From assembly GCA_044892525.1 (NCBI GenBank), contig CM097885.1, positions 37,946,001-38,010,000 of the forward strand: DNA of 64,000 nt. Direction: 5' to 3'. The position numbers and the translations under genes are program-made. Positions 44,220 to 58,740 of this stretch are shown piece by piece. The first letter of the stretch is position 1; each line of letters opens with the position of its first letter. The stretch comes from Schmidtea polychroa. Lineage: Eukaryota. Below the pieces are notes generated by a model that was not told the origin of the DNA, searched no databases, and was given only the letters and a program-made list of their open reading frames with translations.

Positions 44220-44530
44220 TTTCACTGAAACCTTCCTTATTTCAATGTCACTTTCCCGTAGCTCTTCATTAACTTCCTAATATTTAGACACGAGAATCAA
44301 GTATATCCACTAAGGACTCCATGTTAATATTTTCTTTCTCAGCCCTATTAAAATGGTTTAATTCAGAAATGCCAATCTCCTCTTTTTCTCAGTTAGATCT
44401 TAGCCGTCCGTTCTCCAACAATTTCTAATTTGATTCCATGTCCAATTGTTGATAGAAATTATACCCTTAGAAGTTGTGGTGATATTGAGTATGACTTTGC
44501 TGACAATCTCAGTGTATTTGTGGATTTAAT
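44220..44530 (-). mobile_element. Possible decayed non-LTR (RTE/LINE) RT C-terminal fragment
   Basis: Minus-strand KYLGS...ESDIEIRK resembles the YLGS..EIxxRI thumb region; degraded. Confidence 0.35.
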
Positions 44531-44829
44531 TAGAAAATGGTACTGGTTTAATTATTAGAAGGCGTTACCCAAATACAGATTTACGATATATTTAGACAGT
44601 TGTAGGATAGAAAAAACTATTGATATTATAGATTTATTAATTACCTAAATTTAAATAATCAATTCTTTTTAAAACACAATTTTTAATTTTCGAACTTAGT
44701 CAATCCACATGCACTCAATTTACAACCAAAACTATTTAAAAACATTCAAAACACATGTGTTCACAGCATTTTGCACATTAATTTCTGGATCCAATGATTT
44801 TATCAACAACGTTTCACATAAAACATGTT

Positions 44830-45190
44830 CCTAATAATTATTTAATAAAATAATGAAATCAAATATACCTATTTTATCCACAGAATCCTTTTTATGCTCA
44901 CTAATATTGGTAAATTACTTCGGTCGATAATTTAAAAAAAAACTCGAACACAGAGATGACATGTTCATAAACGAGATCTGAACACAATCCTAACGGAGTT
45001 TTAAACAAATTGAGTACTTTATACGAATTAGACATGATTTTTTATAATTTAAATTGCTCAACAACTTGCCTATCTTTCTCTTATAATCTGTAAAACCTTC
45101 TGAGTACGGCGATACTCAACACAAATTTAGGCTCATCGTCCTTAAATACATTATTAATGGGTTTTACCACACCATAGCATTATTATTATT
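44830..45190 (-). mobile_element. Penelope-like fragment
   Basis: Minus strand FKTPLGLCSDLVYEH matches the pre-GIY-YIG region seen at ~25500, followed by an IIDRSN..SIKRILW-like endonuclease tail. Confidence 0.55.
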
Positions 45191-45757
45191 CAACATTATT
45201 CAACGAATAAAATGAAATTTTAAACAAAATTAAAAATATCACTGAAAAATTCCAAGATTTGACCTAAATAATTGGAAAATGAGACACGATAGACCCGATT
45301 ACACCTGTTGTCTGTTGTCAGGGTCCTGATTTTAACGAAACATCTTAATTTGGACTTCAGATATACATTTGATAATAAATATCGCCACTGATTACGAACT
45401 ATGAATATGTGATGACATCTCCCGTTCTTTTTTATAAATGCTTCCCATCAAAAAGGTTACATTAGAATATGACTGCATCAGAAGGTTTAATATAATTGTC
45501 ATGTATTAGAGTCATGTCTACTTCAATGGTCATAATTTGAAATTGCGCATTTCCCAAAGCCTGGGTTTGATCCTGTTCATCACTGATCTCGGTAACAGAA
45601 TTATCACACATATTGATTATTATATCAGTTTCTGGGTAAATCACAACTCAGGATAAATATTTCCAAGTATTTTCTATAATATCCAAATTCATAAAATCCA
45701 ACTAAAGAACCAATTTCAAACCCTAAAAAACTCAAACCAACATCAAAACGGTCTCAA

Positions 45758-46143
45758 CCCCTTAACGGTCTCACCCGAGTATATTCGGGCAATAAAAAAA
45801 AGAAAATTTGGTATATCCCAAGAATACTCGGGCAAACTGCATATTAAATATAATGGAGTTCTACGCTATCCACTTCATTTTGTTTCCACAAGAGTATACT
45901 CGTTTACAGTTTAATACACCCAGAAAAAATTTCAGCCAAGTTGCAATATTTTATTATTATTTTTTTCAAAATTTTATTGTTCACCCATTGAGAACTTCAG
46001 TGGTCAAAAAATTTTTTTATTCAATAATTAATAAAAATTTTCTTATCACTTACATCCAAATAACTTATTCTTTCATAAAATAAAATAAAAAAATATGGTT
46101 TTTTTTGATCGGTTTTTCCGGTATTAATTTGACCGTCAAGAGG
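45758..46143. mobile_element. piggyBac-like MITE, 386 bp
   Basis: TIR CCCCTTAACGGTC / GACCGTCAAGAGG (2 mismatches), internal CCCGAGTATATTCGGG palindrome, flanked by TCAA on both sides. Confidence 0.65.
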
Positions 46144-46576
46144 TCAATTAAATAAAGGTCACTCAACCATCACTCAAATAGTGACAATTTAAAATTTAGT
46201 CTTCAACCAAGTTGAATACAATAAACCAACTAAACAAACTTAAGAAAAAAATTTAATGTTAAAATTCTCTTAATATTTTTCAAATATTATGGAAAAATAA
46301 ATTTTAGCCTCAAACTCAGAAATTGTGTTCAATGTTCAGATTGAAGATTTTCAACTTAGAATTTGAATGTATATTGTTAGAAGCTATAATATTCAATTCT
46401 TCTGTCATCAAAAAAATTACTAAGACTAAATAAATCCAAAATTATATTTCATTAAATCTGCTTTTATAAACATATATTATTGGGACATTTTCTTTTTATA
46501 AATTTTAATTTCAACCAAATACCAACCTATCACATTCATACTTGAATTGCAATTTTATTAGAAATTATTATAATTC

Positions 46577-46757
46577 AAAACAATAAAGTGATAATTTAAG
46601 CCTTTTGCTGCAAATATTGTATTTAATGAAAAAAATTTCGACTATAAGATAGTCCTTGTCAATCTTGTCAATTGACAAGGACTATCTTATAGTCGAAAAA
46701 TTTTTCATTAAATACATTATTTGCAGCAAAAGGCTTAAATTATCATTTTATTGTTTT
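46577..46757. repeat. Near-perfect palindrome (~86-bp arms), foldback MITE-like
   Basis: AAAACAATAAAGTGATAATTTAAGCCTTTTGCTGC...GTCCTTGTCAA / TTGACAAGGAC...GCAGCAAAAGGCTTAAATTATCATTTTATTGTTTT. Confidence 0.92.
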
Positions 46758-47052
46758 AAATAATAAATGCTGCTACCAAGAAATCATCATTTTATACTAT
46801 TATAATTCAAAATTAAAATTAAAATATTCATTTTAATTTTAAACCATTTTAATTCTAATTTATTTCAAATAATTTAAGTTTCACTTTTAATTTTACAAAA
46901 TTTAATCATGAAATAATTTTAATTTAACACTTTAATTTTAACTCACATATACTACTGATAAATTATAATATTAAGTTAATTTATATTGTCATTTTTCTAA
47001 AAAGAAATTTAAAATAGAGAAATAGCATAATAAAACCTTTATAATTAAACGG

Positions 47053-47228
<176 letters not shown>

Positions 47229-49504
47229 TTTTATTAATATCAAATAACCAATTCATAGCTAAAGTTATTTATTCTTAAGCAATATATTATTAAGTTTCTT
47301 TAAAAATATAAGATTGTTCTTAGAACAAGCAGCATAAAAAATTCATAAAAGACTATTTTAAAATTTACAATTAATGAATTTTAGTAATTAAGCTATCATT
47401 TTTTGTGTACTTAATTTTCGTTCAAAATTCCCAAACTAAAATTCCGATACATTCATGATTGACAACACGCTATTCATATTAAAAGGAAAATATGTGAAGA
47501 TCTTCGCAATATGTAAATATACTGGGGTGCCCTTTTAGGCCTGAAGTGTTTAAGTAGGTATTTGAGGCCGAATCGACACAAATTTGCATAATTTGTTTAT
47601 TTATTTCCACCTGCAATAGTACTGGTTCTATACTGCTAATCCAGTTTTCTATATTCAATAGGTTATATTTAATAGTTAAAATTTCATAATTTTGGAAAAA
47701 AGTGCATGACTTTCATGTAATATTTGTGACATTTTAAAATAACAATGCGCCAACATTGGCGAAGACATTGGATTATTCATTTAGTGTTTAGCAATACTTT
47801 TGTTCTTTGGTCACAATATTTGGATTGATACTGACTTGTTAATCTTACGTATAGCAAGCTGAAAAATTTATTCAAAGCCAAATGAATACAGACAAATAAT
47901 TTTCGGCCTCAAATTATAAATTTAATTTGAGTGTGCCAGATATAATAATCATTTAGTCTATTAAGAATACAAATCGTATTACGAAACGCAGACATACCAC
48001 TATTAATTCACATTTATCTACAAAAGACGTACACGCAAATATCAATTCCATATTATCCTATGCCATTTAAAATTGTCTAAAGACATTTTAGGCGGTAAAT
48101 CTAATTAGAATACCGGAAACCAGACATTTTTGAATGTTTTGAAGTTTAAATTAAAATATCTACAGAAACTTGACATTAACACATGTAAAATTAAAACTTC
48201 AAGTAACATTACATATAAAATTAAGGAATAGTTCTCCAAATCAGAGTTTCCTAAACTTTTCCCATGATGTAACATTTTGTTAATCCGGAAACTTGGATAT
48301 CCAATCCAACCTTTTTTATTAAGTAAATGACATAAAACCTACTAGGAGCATCTAAATTGCCAATAGACGTAAATCTAACATATAAATAACTTTCATCGTA
48401 TTTCCGTTTAAATATGTTCTTAAGTGGTTCTTGTTCTTTAATAATAAATTTTAAAGAAACTATAGTTTCTTTATCTTCAGTCGAATTACTATGTCTTTAT
48501 TTTGCTATAGTTCCTCTTTTTAGCCAAAAATCTATTTAATATTATTTAAATATTTAAATTTTGTAACAAGACAAACAATTTTATCAAAATGTTATTTCAA
48601 TGCAATTTAAACAATTTCTATTTCCAAATGTTCGTAGGTCTAGTGTTTTGTGAATAATTTACAAATAGTTTCGATTCAAATTCGATTATATTTTAATAAT
48701 TAAAACACCAGACTTGTAAAATCGGTAATATGTTGAATACTTAACATTTATTTCCAATCTGTTTTGTTTGATCATTTATTCAGATTTCTGAATAATATTT
48801 ACTAGAGCTGTCAACTGACTTAACAACCTTGACAACTGTCGATGGATTAATGATATTTTGTCATTCTAGGTTTTCGATGAACACCTATTTACTTTCATTG
48901 ACACACTAGTATTTCGTGGAACATAGTATGGGACACTCTGCTCTAAATAATAAAATCCTCGAATAAAATAATAAAACTAAAGATTGAAAATCACTTATTT
49001 ATCTAAATTTCATTGGTTAAAATATTTGTATTAAAAATTTTTAAATAAAGTTAAAATACACTTAAATCAAAATAAAAGTACTCAATGTGGTATTAAGCTA
49101 GCAATAGACGTGACCCATCAAAGACAAAAACATTATGATTCATCACCGACGTGAGTTCTTTCCTAAAGATAAAAAAATTTAATGTTAAAAATATTTTGAT
49201 TTTATCACATTATGCTTTATTTAGAGAAACTTAAAAATTTTGTTATGTATTTTTATTGATTTTGCAAAGGAAACCTGAAATTTGTGGTACTACCCCCTAT
49301 TCCTAGACTTGGATACCAAAAAATATTTGTAAAATTCGCGGTACTAATGTTAGTATTTTACTCAAACACACAATTATTTTTGTATTTCAAAATGTACAAT
49401 TTCTATTATTGTTTAGGAGTGCTTTTGAACAGTTACTTCATATTTTTATGTTATATCCATTCTTATATTTCTTTTTTGTTTATCATAACCGTTTTTTATT
49501 CTAG

Positions 49505-51692
49505 TTAATATTCAACTCCCGCCTCCACCTCCACCCCCTATGCCATCCATTCAAATTCCTCCATCATACAACAGTCCTTGCGATCAGAACATTTATCTAA
49601 ATCAATTCCCAAACTATAATTTTAATTATCAAAATCAATTATTGAATTTGAATCAATATAATCCAATAAATAACACAACGGTGCCTCAAAATATGTATCA
49701 TAACAACAACAACTTTCCTTTGTCAAATGTTTTTTCACCTGTGATGAATACTTATGAGCAACCTTCATTCAATAACCAGTGGTATTTCCCCAACGAATCC
49801 GAAACCACTGAAGCCTGTAATAATTATCCAATTAATGAACAATACAACTCAATTAATCCAATTTTATCACAACCTCAATCAGAATCCATTGATTCTAAAT
49901 GCAATGATGAATCCACATTTAATTACAATAATCACATTCATTGCGAATATAACAACATCAATCACCGTGCCTCAAACCAGCCATCTAATTCAGATTTCCA
50001 TGAAACATTACGACTCAATTCAACTAATAGAAAGTCTTCCACCAGTAGTTTATTGAATGAAGTAATGGATATGGATTTGGCTTCAGATTCCTGTAAATCT
50101 ATTGATAGTCACAAAGGAATGGACGCTAATGATCAGCTGTCAGATAAAGATGATTTAAGCTCTTGTGGTGATTTTGAGTACGAAGCTGTTATTCCATTGG
50201 ACCCATTTGAAAAATTTCCTTTAGCCCCAAGACCGAAATATGAACATATTATCGAAACTGAAGTTCATCCGTCGGCAAGAGGAAAACCATTCGAATATGC
50301 GTATTTGAAAAGTACGGTTTGCAATTGTGTTCCACCAAATCCCGATGAAATTAAACTGGGAAAAACTGCTTGCGGTGAAAATTGTTTCAACAGACGAATC
50401 AAAGTAGAATGCAATCGTAAATGCCCGGTTTATGAGCTATGTACAAATCGACGATTTCAAGAACAAATCTATGCACCATTTGAACCGTTTTATTGCACAA
50501 ATGGAAAAGGTTGGGGAATCAGATCTACCAATAGAATCTATCCTGGTACTTTTATTATCGAATACGTCGGAGAACTGATTGATTTTCATGAATTTCTGTC
50601 TAGAATTCGTCAAAAATCCACATACAACCATCATTTTATTATGTCGATACAGAAATATATGTACATAGATGCGGGAATGAAAGGTAATTGGTCAAGATTT
50701 GTCAATCATTCCTGTGACCCGAATACGATAATCGAACGGTGGGTTGTGAATGGTAAAACAAGAATTGGATTTTTTTCCAAGAAAATTATCGAGGAAAATG
50801 AGGAAATAACTATCGATTACCAATTTCAACAGTATGGAAAGAATGAACAGAAATGTTATTGCAACAGTTTCAATTGCACTGGAATCATGGGAAAAGTAAA
50901 TGAAAAATTGCAAGACCAAATCAAAACATCCCACATAAAAATACGGAAAGAATTGATTCAGAAAATCATTAATCGATCTTCTCTCAAAGACATAAGCCAT
51001 GTTTCCGACATGATTACTGTTATCAAAGAAGAATGTTTGGATCGGGATACATTCTATGGATTCCTTGAAGTGTTGCTTCGAACTGATTCCGAGGTCTGTA
51101 TTCGCACATTCATTGAGTGTGGTGGCCTCAAGGTTATTACAAGCTTTCTTGAAACAGTAGCATGGAACGATTGGCCACTGAAATTACTTTATTTGAAGTG
51201 CCTTGATCATTTTAAATTGAAAAAACGAACAATTTTAAGTTCCGGCTCCACTGCAATTCAAGTCGTCGACTATTGGGCAAATAATCCAAGATATTCACTG
51301 AAACAATGCATAGGAGTAACGCCGACTGATAAAGATATAGAAAATAATGACAATGATGAGGATATTGAAGATGATGACGAGGATAATATTGGGGAAAATA
51401 ATAACCAGGAAATGTCCGCAGAAATTGTATCGTGCGATAGAAATAATCCATTGGAATTCATCCTTGATGATTCAACAGATCCACTGGAATCCGTTGAAGT
51501 TGAAATAAAGGACCTTGCTAACAGTATCAGACAATATTTGACCGATGAAAAGGAGAAATTTTATATTCCTAAGCTGAAAATCGTCCACTCTGATTCTTTG
51601 ACAGATCTAAACGATTCAGAATCGAAATCAAAGGACTCGGCCAGTCGAGCTAGTTCAGTTCAAGGAGATTATGTTCGATCAAAGAAAAGAAA
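49505..51692 (+). CDS. SETD2: SETD2-like H3K36 methyltransferase catalytic exon (AWS, SET, post-SET, helical domain)
   Basis: AWS CNC..ACGENCFNR..ECNRKCP..CTNRRFQ; SET GKGWGIR..FIIEYVGE..IDAGMKGNWSRFVNHSCDPN..EEITIDY; post-SET CYCNSFNCTG; donor AA|GTGAG at 51692/51693 (phase 2). Confidence 0.93.
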
Positions 51693-51734
51693 GTGAGATT
51701 ATGATATAATTTGTCTAATTATTAATATTAATTT

Positions 51735-51875
51735 GGATAGATAAATATATCGATAGATAAATATATAGGTCGATAGATAAATATATAGATCGATAGATAG
51801 ATATAAAGATCGATAGATAAATATATAGGTCGATAGATAAATATATAGATCGATAGATAGATATAAAGATAAAGA
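51735..51875. repeat. ~20-bp minisatellite GATCGATAGATAAATATATA
   Basis: About 7 tandem units. Confidence 0.9.
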
Positions 51876-52305
51876 AAGATAAAAATAATCTATCGTGATC
51901 CTAAATTTACTATTTTTTAGAAATTACGGATTGGTCTTGAATTAATGATTTTTTCACTTATATTTTAAAGGTTTTCATATATTTGATGTGGATAACTTCT
52001 AGAGAGAATACATAAATTTTACCCTTTGGCCACAAGGAATTGGCTGTGTAATACAATTTAGGAACACTCGATATATTTAAAAACTAATGTGTTGATAATT
52101 ATTTGTAAATTGTGCTATTACCTAAGAATTATTTATATATATAAATGGAAATTTAAAGTTTTAGGTTAGGTAATTATTCAGTTGTACAGTAACTTTCTTT
52201 TAAACTGATACAATATTAATTATTAAACATTTAATTTTGGTGAAATTTATTGATTTGAATATTTTTTCATCCTTGATAATGGAAACTATAATAATAATAA
52301 TAACT

Positions 52306-52924
<619 letters not shown>

Positions 52925-53084
52925 ACAATTAAATGCTAACTTAAACCTTTTGCTGCAAAGTATATATATTATATATATATATATACTGAAATTTGAAAAC
53001 ATGAAAAAAAGCGTAATTTTAAAGAATTATAGACATATCGACAGTTATTACTTTCCAAATATAGCTACAGCAGACGTGACAAAT

Positions 53085-53825
53085 TAAAACCATGCAGCGG
53101 GCCGTATCGACATTTTTAGACTTCTGAAGAGCCGCGCAGAAAATTACTAAATTTAAAACATTTATTATTAAAACTAAAAGTATAATATTGATTTTTTCAA
53201 GTTAAATGTATATACTTTCAAAGTATATTTCTTCAATAAACAACAATAGGTATTACATTGGATTCGACCGTACTGATATTTGACAACGTTTGTAACAGCA
53301 GATAAATGTTTATCAGCTAATCTTGAACGTTGTGGGGTCTTAGCTACCTTTATGAGAGAAAACAATTGTTTGCGCAGATACGTACTTCAAAACATACATA
53401 ATAATGTTCTAGCAGCAAGTGAGTGAAGTTGTGGAAATCTATCTGACTACAAATAATATTGACTTCATTGTATTTTTTCTTCGACATAGCATCTGATTGA
53501 ACCTAAATCAAATAAATTTGCAGAAATATAGGTAAAAGTTCAGCATCATACGTGCATAGATAACTGCATATATCGAAATGCTGCTCATAACCATCAAAGT
53601 CGAGGTTTTCAAAGTCTTTCTTCAACAACTCAAGCTGTTGCACATTGTGCAAAAAATAATTTATTGTTTGTAATTTAGAGTTCTTGGCTTGTGAGAAAGG
53701 ATGCAAGATTTCCTTTCTTCAGTTTGCCAATCCAAAGCTGTAGCTTAGTTTTAAAACCCTTAATAGCATTATGCAAGACCATAACAATTTGATTTCTACC
53801 TTGTAATTTTAAGTTAATTATATTG
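53085..53825 (-). mobile_element. Decayed hAT (Charlie/Buster-type) transposase C-terminal half
   Basis: INLKLQGRNQIVMVLHNAIKGFKTKLQLW and FPQLHSLAARTLLCMF*STYLRKQLFSLIKVAKTPQRSRLADKHL match the LNxxLQG and MFGSTYLCEQxFSxMKxxKxxxRSRL motifs. Confidence 0.8.
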
Positions 53826-55598
53826 TTGGTGATAAATAAAATGAACACGTTTTAGGCAAAAGTGAAAACTAAAACTAAAACTAAAGAGATCATTTTCATT
53901 CAGAAAACATCAATTTTGATTTTCAGATTACTTTACAATATTTAAAACATTATTTCTATATTTAAACTTGAATTACACTAATAAAAAGAATAGATTAAAG
54001 GTAAATTACAAATGAGAATGGAATATAAATTTCCTGAAACTGGTAATTCTATTATCATCAACTGATATTTATAAATGATGAAGAAAATTGGCATATTGTA
54101 AAGATAAACACCGTAAACTCTTTATCAACTTAAATATAATAATAAATAAAATTAACCAATAATAATATTGATCAATAATAATAATAAACCAGACTAATTA
54201 ATTTTATTCGTTGTAAATTAAATTAAAATGTTCAATCAATACATCAAAAACAATGATGTTATAACATAATCTTCTCCCAATATGAAATGGTTATGGTTTT
54301 TTATTTTTATTCTGAACTTGGCATATTTCCTTAAATTGCTTTCTCTTTTGTTAAATTCATTGCTTTAAAATATTAATTGTATATTGGTTGTTTTGATTAT
54401 TATTTTGCATGGATCATCATCACCTAAAAGTTTGCTTCTTCTTTTTCTTGATTAATATTGTTGATCATTTAATTTAATTTAATAAACGGTTTAGGGTGTT
54501 TATCTTTACAATAACTGAAAATAGAGAAATAGCATAATACAACCTTTATAATTAAACGGTTATACCCGATTGGCTTTTATCATGTGACGGATTAGCATCA
54601 GCTAAGAATTTATTTGTCAATTTTCTTAAATGATTTCTCGTATTTTTATAAATTATTGAAATTTTACGCTGTAATTAACAAATATAAATTGAAGACCTAC
54701 TGATCCATTACAGTCACAAATGTTATATCATCAATAACTTGTGCATTCGTATCACTTTCAATTATTTCAATTATATATATTTATAAATAATAACTTTTAT
54801 TTATTAATATCGAATAACCCATTCATATCAAATAAGACATTCAATGCACTTCGGTGTAGTACGGAATGGCTTCATTTTCACTACCTAATTCTTCTAAAAG
54901 TTCAGAAGCTGTCGTTATTTCTTTATAATTACTTTCCTCTAATTTCCTTTTCTAGCTGCTCCCAGTTTCAGTTAGATCTATTTTAGATATTAATAAATTT
55001 TTTATGTCCATCATGGAACAAAAAATGTACAATATTAATATATCTATTAAAGTATTATAAGAACTTTTTTTTTAAATTTCACCACTTCTCTTTTCCATTG
55101 TACTTATTAAGAAAGCTTGACTATGAATCAGTAAATATATCGATATTTTTGATATATTTACTTATTACTAGTCAAGCTTTCTTAATAAATATCTATTATG
55201 AAACGGAAATTCAAACAACCAACAAATTTACGTAGTTTTTGTTGAAAAATTAATGAAGTGTACAGTCACTCAGAGAACAGTTCGTGACGACTGCATGATC
55301 TACAGATGTTGTTTACGGGTAAGAGTTTCCAAAAATATCTTCGGATCACCGCGAACGACCATAAACTACATTTGTGCAAATTGAGACTGTCCCTGCGCTA
55401 GTCGAGGCGCTACAACACACAATTTTAAAACATATTGTACAAATCAGTAGAATTTATAAATTAATGATAAATTAAAGAATATAAAATAAATAAATGTCTG
55501 GATTTTCAGAGGGAGTAACATGGTCTCCTTTACTAATTAGTGCCGGTGCTCTTGGTTATAGATAGTCGTTTGTTATTTTTCTTTTTAAGTAGTTAATG

Positions 55599-56030
55599 CA
55601 GTGTTGTCCAAACTTTTTTGAGCCACACCACACTTGGCTGAATTAAAAATGTTCGCGGCACATCTAAATTTTTTTTTGCTTTGTTTGCAATTTTTTATTG
55701 CACTTACTAATCTTTTAATAAGAAATGAAAAACTTATTTACTTGAAATAAATTTAATGTAAAAAATTTTAAATTTAGAAAAATTAGTGAATGAAAAATAA
55801 ACATAATTAAGTTGCTTGCGTATTTTAGATAGTAAATATTTCTAGTAAGAAATATAAATATGATTGTAAACAAATAAATTTCGCACTTAATTGACTGATT
55901 AACATTTAAATTTGAAATAACTGTTAAAATATCCACAATTCAATTTCCTTTTATTAAGTTGTTTGGAAAACAGGGTTTTTTTTGACTTTTTTTAAAAAAA
56001 ATTTCACGGCACACAGTTTGGACAACACTG
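55599..56030. mobile_element. Second copy of the 22078-22511 hAT MITE, 432 bp
   Basis: Same TIR CAGTGTTGTCCAAACT; TSD AGTTAATG/AGTTAATA; interior nearly identical apart from indels. Confidence 0.92.
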
Positions 56031-56589
56031 AGTTAATACATTTAAAAATATTTATACAAATCCAATACATATAAATCCTAAAATGTGATATTAATTCCAA
56101 TTCCTTTACTACCAGTAGAACTTAACCCGAATCAGATTTATGAAGTTCAGTGAAATAACAATACAAATAAATTATGCATAAATTATCACATTTAGCTGAT
56201 AATAAATTAAATTTTACAAAGGATTATCTAATCTCTTAAATTCTCTAATAGTATTTTCATACGTCAAATATATTTATTCTCATTTCACTTTTATACCTTC
56301 ATTGGATAATCTAATCCAAACAATTTTACGATAAAATCATAATGTATATTATACATGCTGATTGTTGTAAACAAAGTTTATTTTCATAAGCACAGGTATA
56401 CCTTGTTTAACACTCATGTTGCAATATCTGGAAATTTTGCGTTAACAGAAAGAACGTTAAAAGACGCCCTATTTACACTAAAATATGGAATTCCGTTCCA
56501 TAAATATGTTTTTGCTGCCTTGAAGTAAACAATGATAAAAAAATAGTATTTCATTTAAAAATATATCTTTTATTTATTAATTAAAGATC

Positions 56590-57420
56590 GAAGGCAGAGT
56601 TTTTATAATAGAAAATCACCAAATAGTTATATTAAAATATAAGATTGCTATATATTTCGACCGTTTAACAGTATTCTCCAGGCTAAGAATCGTATAACAA
56701 CTAAATGAAAATAATAATATTCAAACAAATTTTAACAACTAATGCAAAAAATCATATAAAAATTATTTTAATTTTAAAAAACGCACAAAATAATTAACAT
56801 ACTCATAAAAATTGTTTTTATACAAAAAATTTAAAAATACAAGTTACAAGGTAATAATACAAGGTAAATATACAAGTTAAATTATTTAAAAATCCCTGTA
56901 GACTGGGCATTTTGAATATTAATTATAGTATTTAAAGATCTAATTAACAGCGCATTGCACGTTGCTCGTTCCCAGTAATTACTCAAACTCTTATACAAGA
57001 TCTTAAAATCAGCAATAATTATTTTTTACTGGTACACTTCCTAAAATGATCACTAATGTGGATCAATCCATTCCGTCAGCAATGCTTAGGAACTCGAGTG
57101 TAGATGTGACGGGCAGTATCTCCAGTGTATGTGGCAGTACACCCATTACATGCAAATTGATACACGAGTTCTGGACACAGACCAACTGGATGGTGACTTA
57201 TTAGTGAACATGCTACCAACCTTACAAGACGTCGAAGTAATCCTAAATAAAATCTTATTTACATTTTTAAAGATCTTATGCTTGAATTATCTGAAACCTT
57301 CAGAATTAAGTAATACCAACACATATTTTTGACCAGTGTGCTTAGATCTGATTTTTTTTCACCTTCCGAACTTATCATTTTATTTTATGTATAATTCACT
57401 TTAAAACAATAAATTATAAT
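56590..57420 (-). mobile_element. Penelope-like retroelement 3' fragment
   Basis: Minus strand PELVYQFACNGCTATYTGDTARHIYTRVPKH (GIY-YIG remnant) at ~57080-57175, with a hammerhead motif downstream. Confidence 0.82.
56647..56683 (-). ncRNA. Minimal type I hammerhead ribozyme motif, core mutated (CUGGAGA)
   Basis: Minus strand GC-CUGGAGA-A-UACUG-uuaaa-CGGUC-GAAA-UAUA-UA-GC. Confidence 0.65.
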
Positions 57421-58386
57421 ATAATAATAATATTTTAATGATATTATGTCTATACTTGATTGCTTAAATATTTTCAGCTTTTCTTTTAATAGTTTGTTAC
57501 TTCTCGTTTTATCACACATGACCTTTCAAAATTTGGATTATTTTCACTTAAATTTTCTGATGCTAGTTGGATTATCCATATATTATGTCTAAACATGTTT
57601 TTTCGAATATTTTCTGATAGATTTTCTGATTTAGGCATAGACTCTGCATTATGTATTTGGATCCTCGTTTGAGACACCACTTATATCCCACATAAAATTC
57701 TAACATGTTAATTAAAATAAATTTTATGTGGGTTATGTATCCAATCAAGTATTTAATGTGAGTTGCACATAACTTACACGTTCTTATTGATTACATAAAG
57801 TTTACAAGTGTTTTAATGTGTTTTAAATAAATTCTGAAATTCTTTAATAAATAATAATGAATACATGATAGAATTGTTTATACGAAATAAAAAAATAACG
57901 AATTATAAATATTTTAAGTCCAAAATAATTTTTTTATGAAATTAAAAGAGCGTTATAACAAACATGGTACTAAAAGAGGTAGCGTTATATACAAATTTTC
58001 TGTTTTTTTTTTAATTTATAAGGAAAATTCACTCAGTGTTGCTTTTTGTAATAATACATATTCTAATTTTCAATAATTCATCAAGGAAGTTCAAATACAA
58101 ACTCGACTTCTCTTTATTCAAAAAATTAAGACATTTTTATAAAAATGTTTTTATAATAATTTTTAATACAACAATTATAAGAAAAGTGATTTATAAATAA
58201 TTAAAAATTAACCATTCTGGGGTTAGCAATAGATAGAATTCATTCTCTATACTTATAAGCTCTAAACTGTTTTAGTCTATCTTGAGTTTTAACTGACATC
58301 TAAATTATTTAATCCTTCGTTATTTCCAGTTGACACTGACTTTACTACAAATTAACCACTCGGTTTTATTTATTTATTAAATTCAG

Positions 58387-58740
58387 AATTCGCCGCAGAT
58401 GCACAGAGGTCATTCGTAAGTTACCAAAGGAGGAATTCAGAAGACTATTTAGTGAACGGCATGAAAAGCAAGTAGTTGAAAAAGTGCAAACCCCTACTAC
58501 TGAAGTCTCAAATATTTCAAACATTAATATGGATTCTCCAGAGGTATTTGCGGTCGTTAAAAAGGTTGGAGTGATAAATATAAATATAATAGCAATGGCA
58601 ATAATTAAAAATTAATTAATTAACAAATTACAATTTTTCAGCTATTATCGAATGTTATTATCGACGAAATCAGTCGTTTGAAAGGCAGCGACAAGTTTGC
58701 AACAATGCCTGTAGAATTTCAAAATTTAGATTTGGATAAA
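58387..58740 (+). CDS. SETD2: SETD2-like exons 58387-58564 (alternative donor 58543) and 58642-58740
   Basis: Phase-2 entry matches the SET exon; KLPKEEFRRLFSERHEKQ resembles SETD2 KLSTEERRKLFEQEVAQ; the second exon is phase 0-0 (LLSNVIIDE...NLDLDK). Confidence 0.75.
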
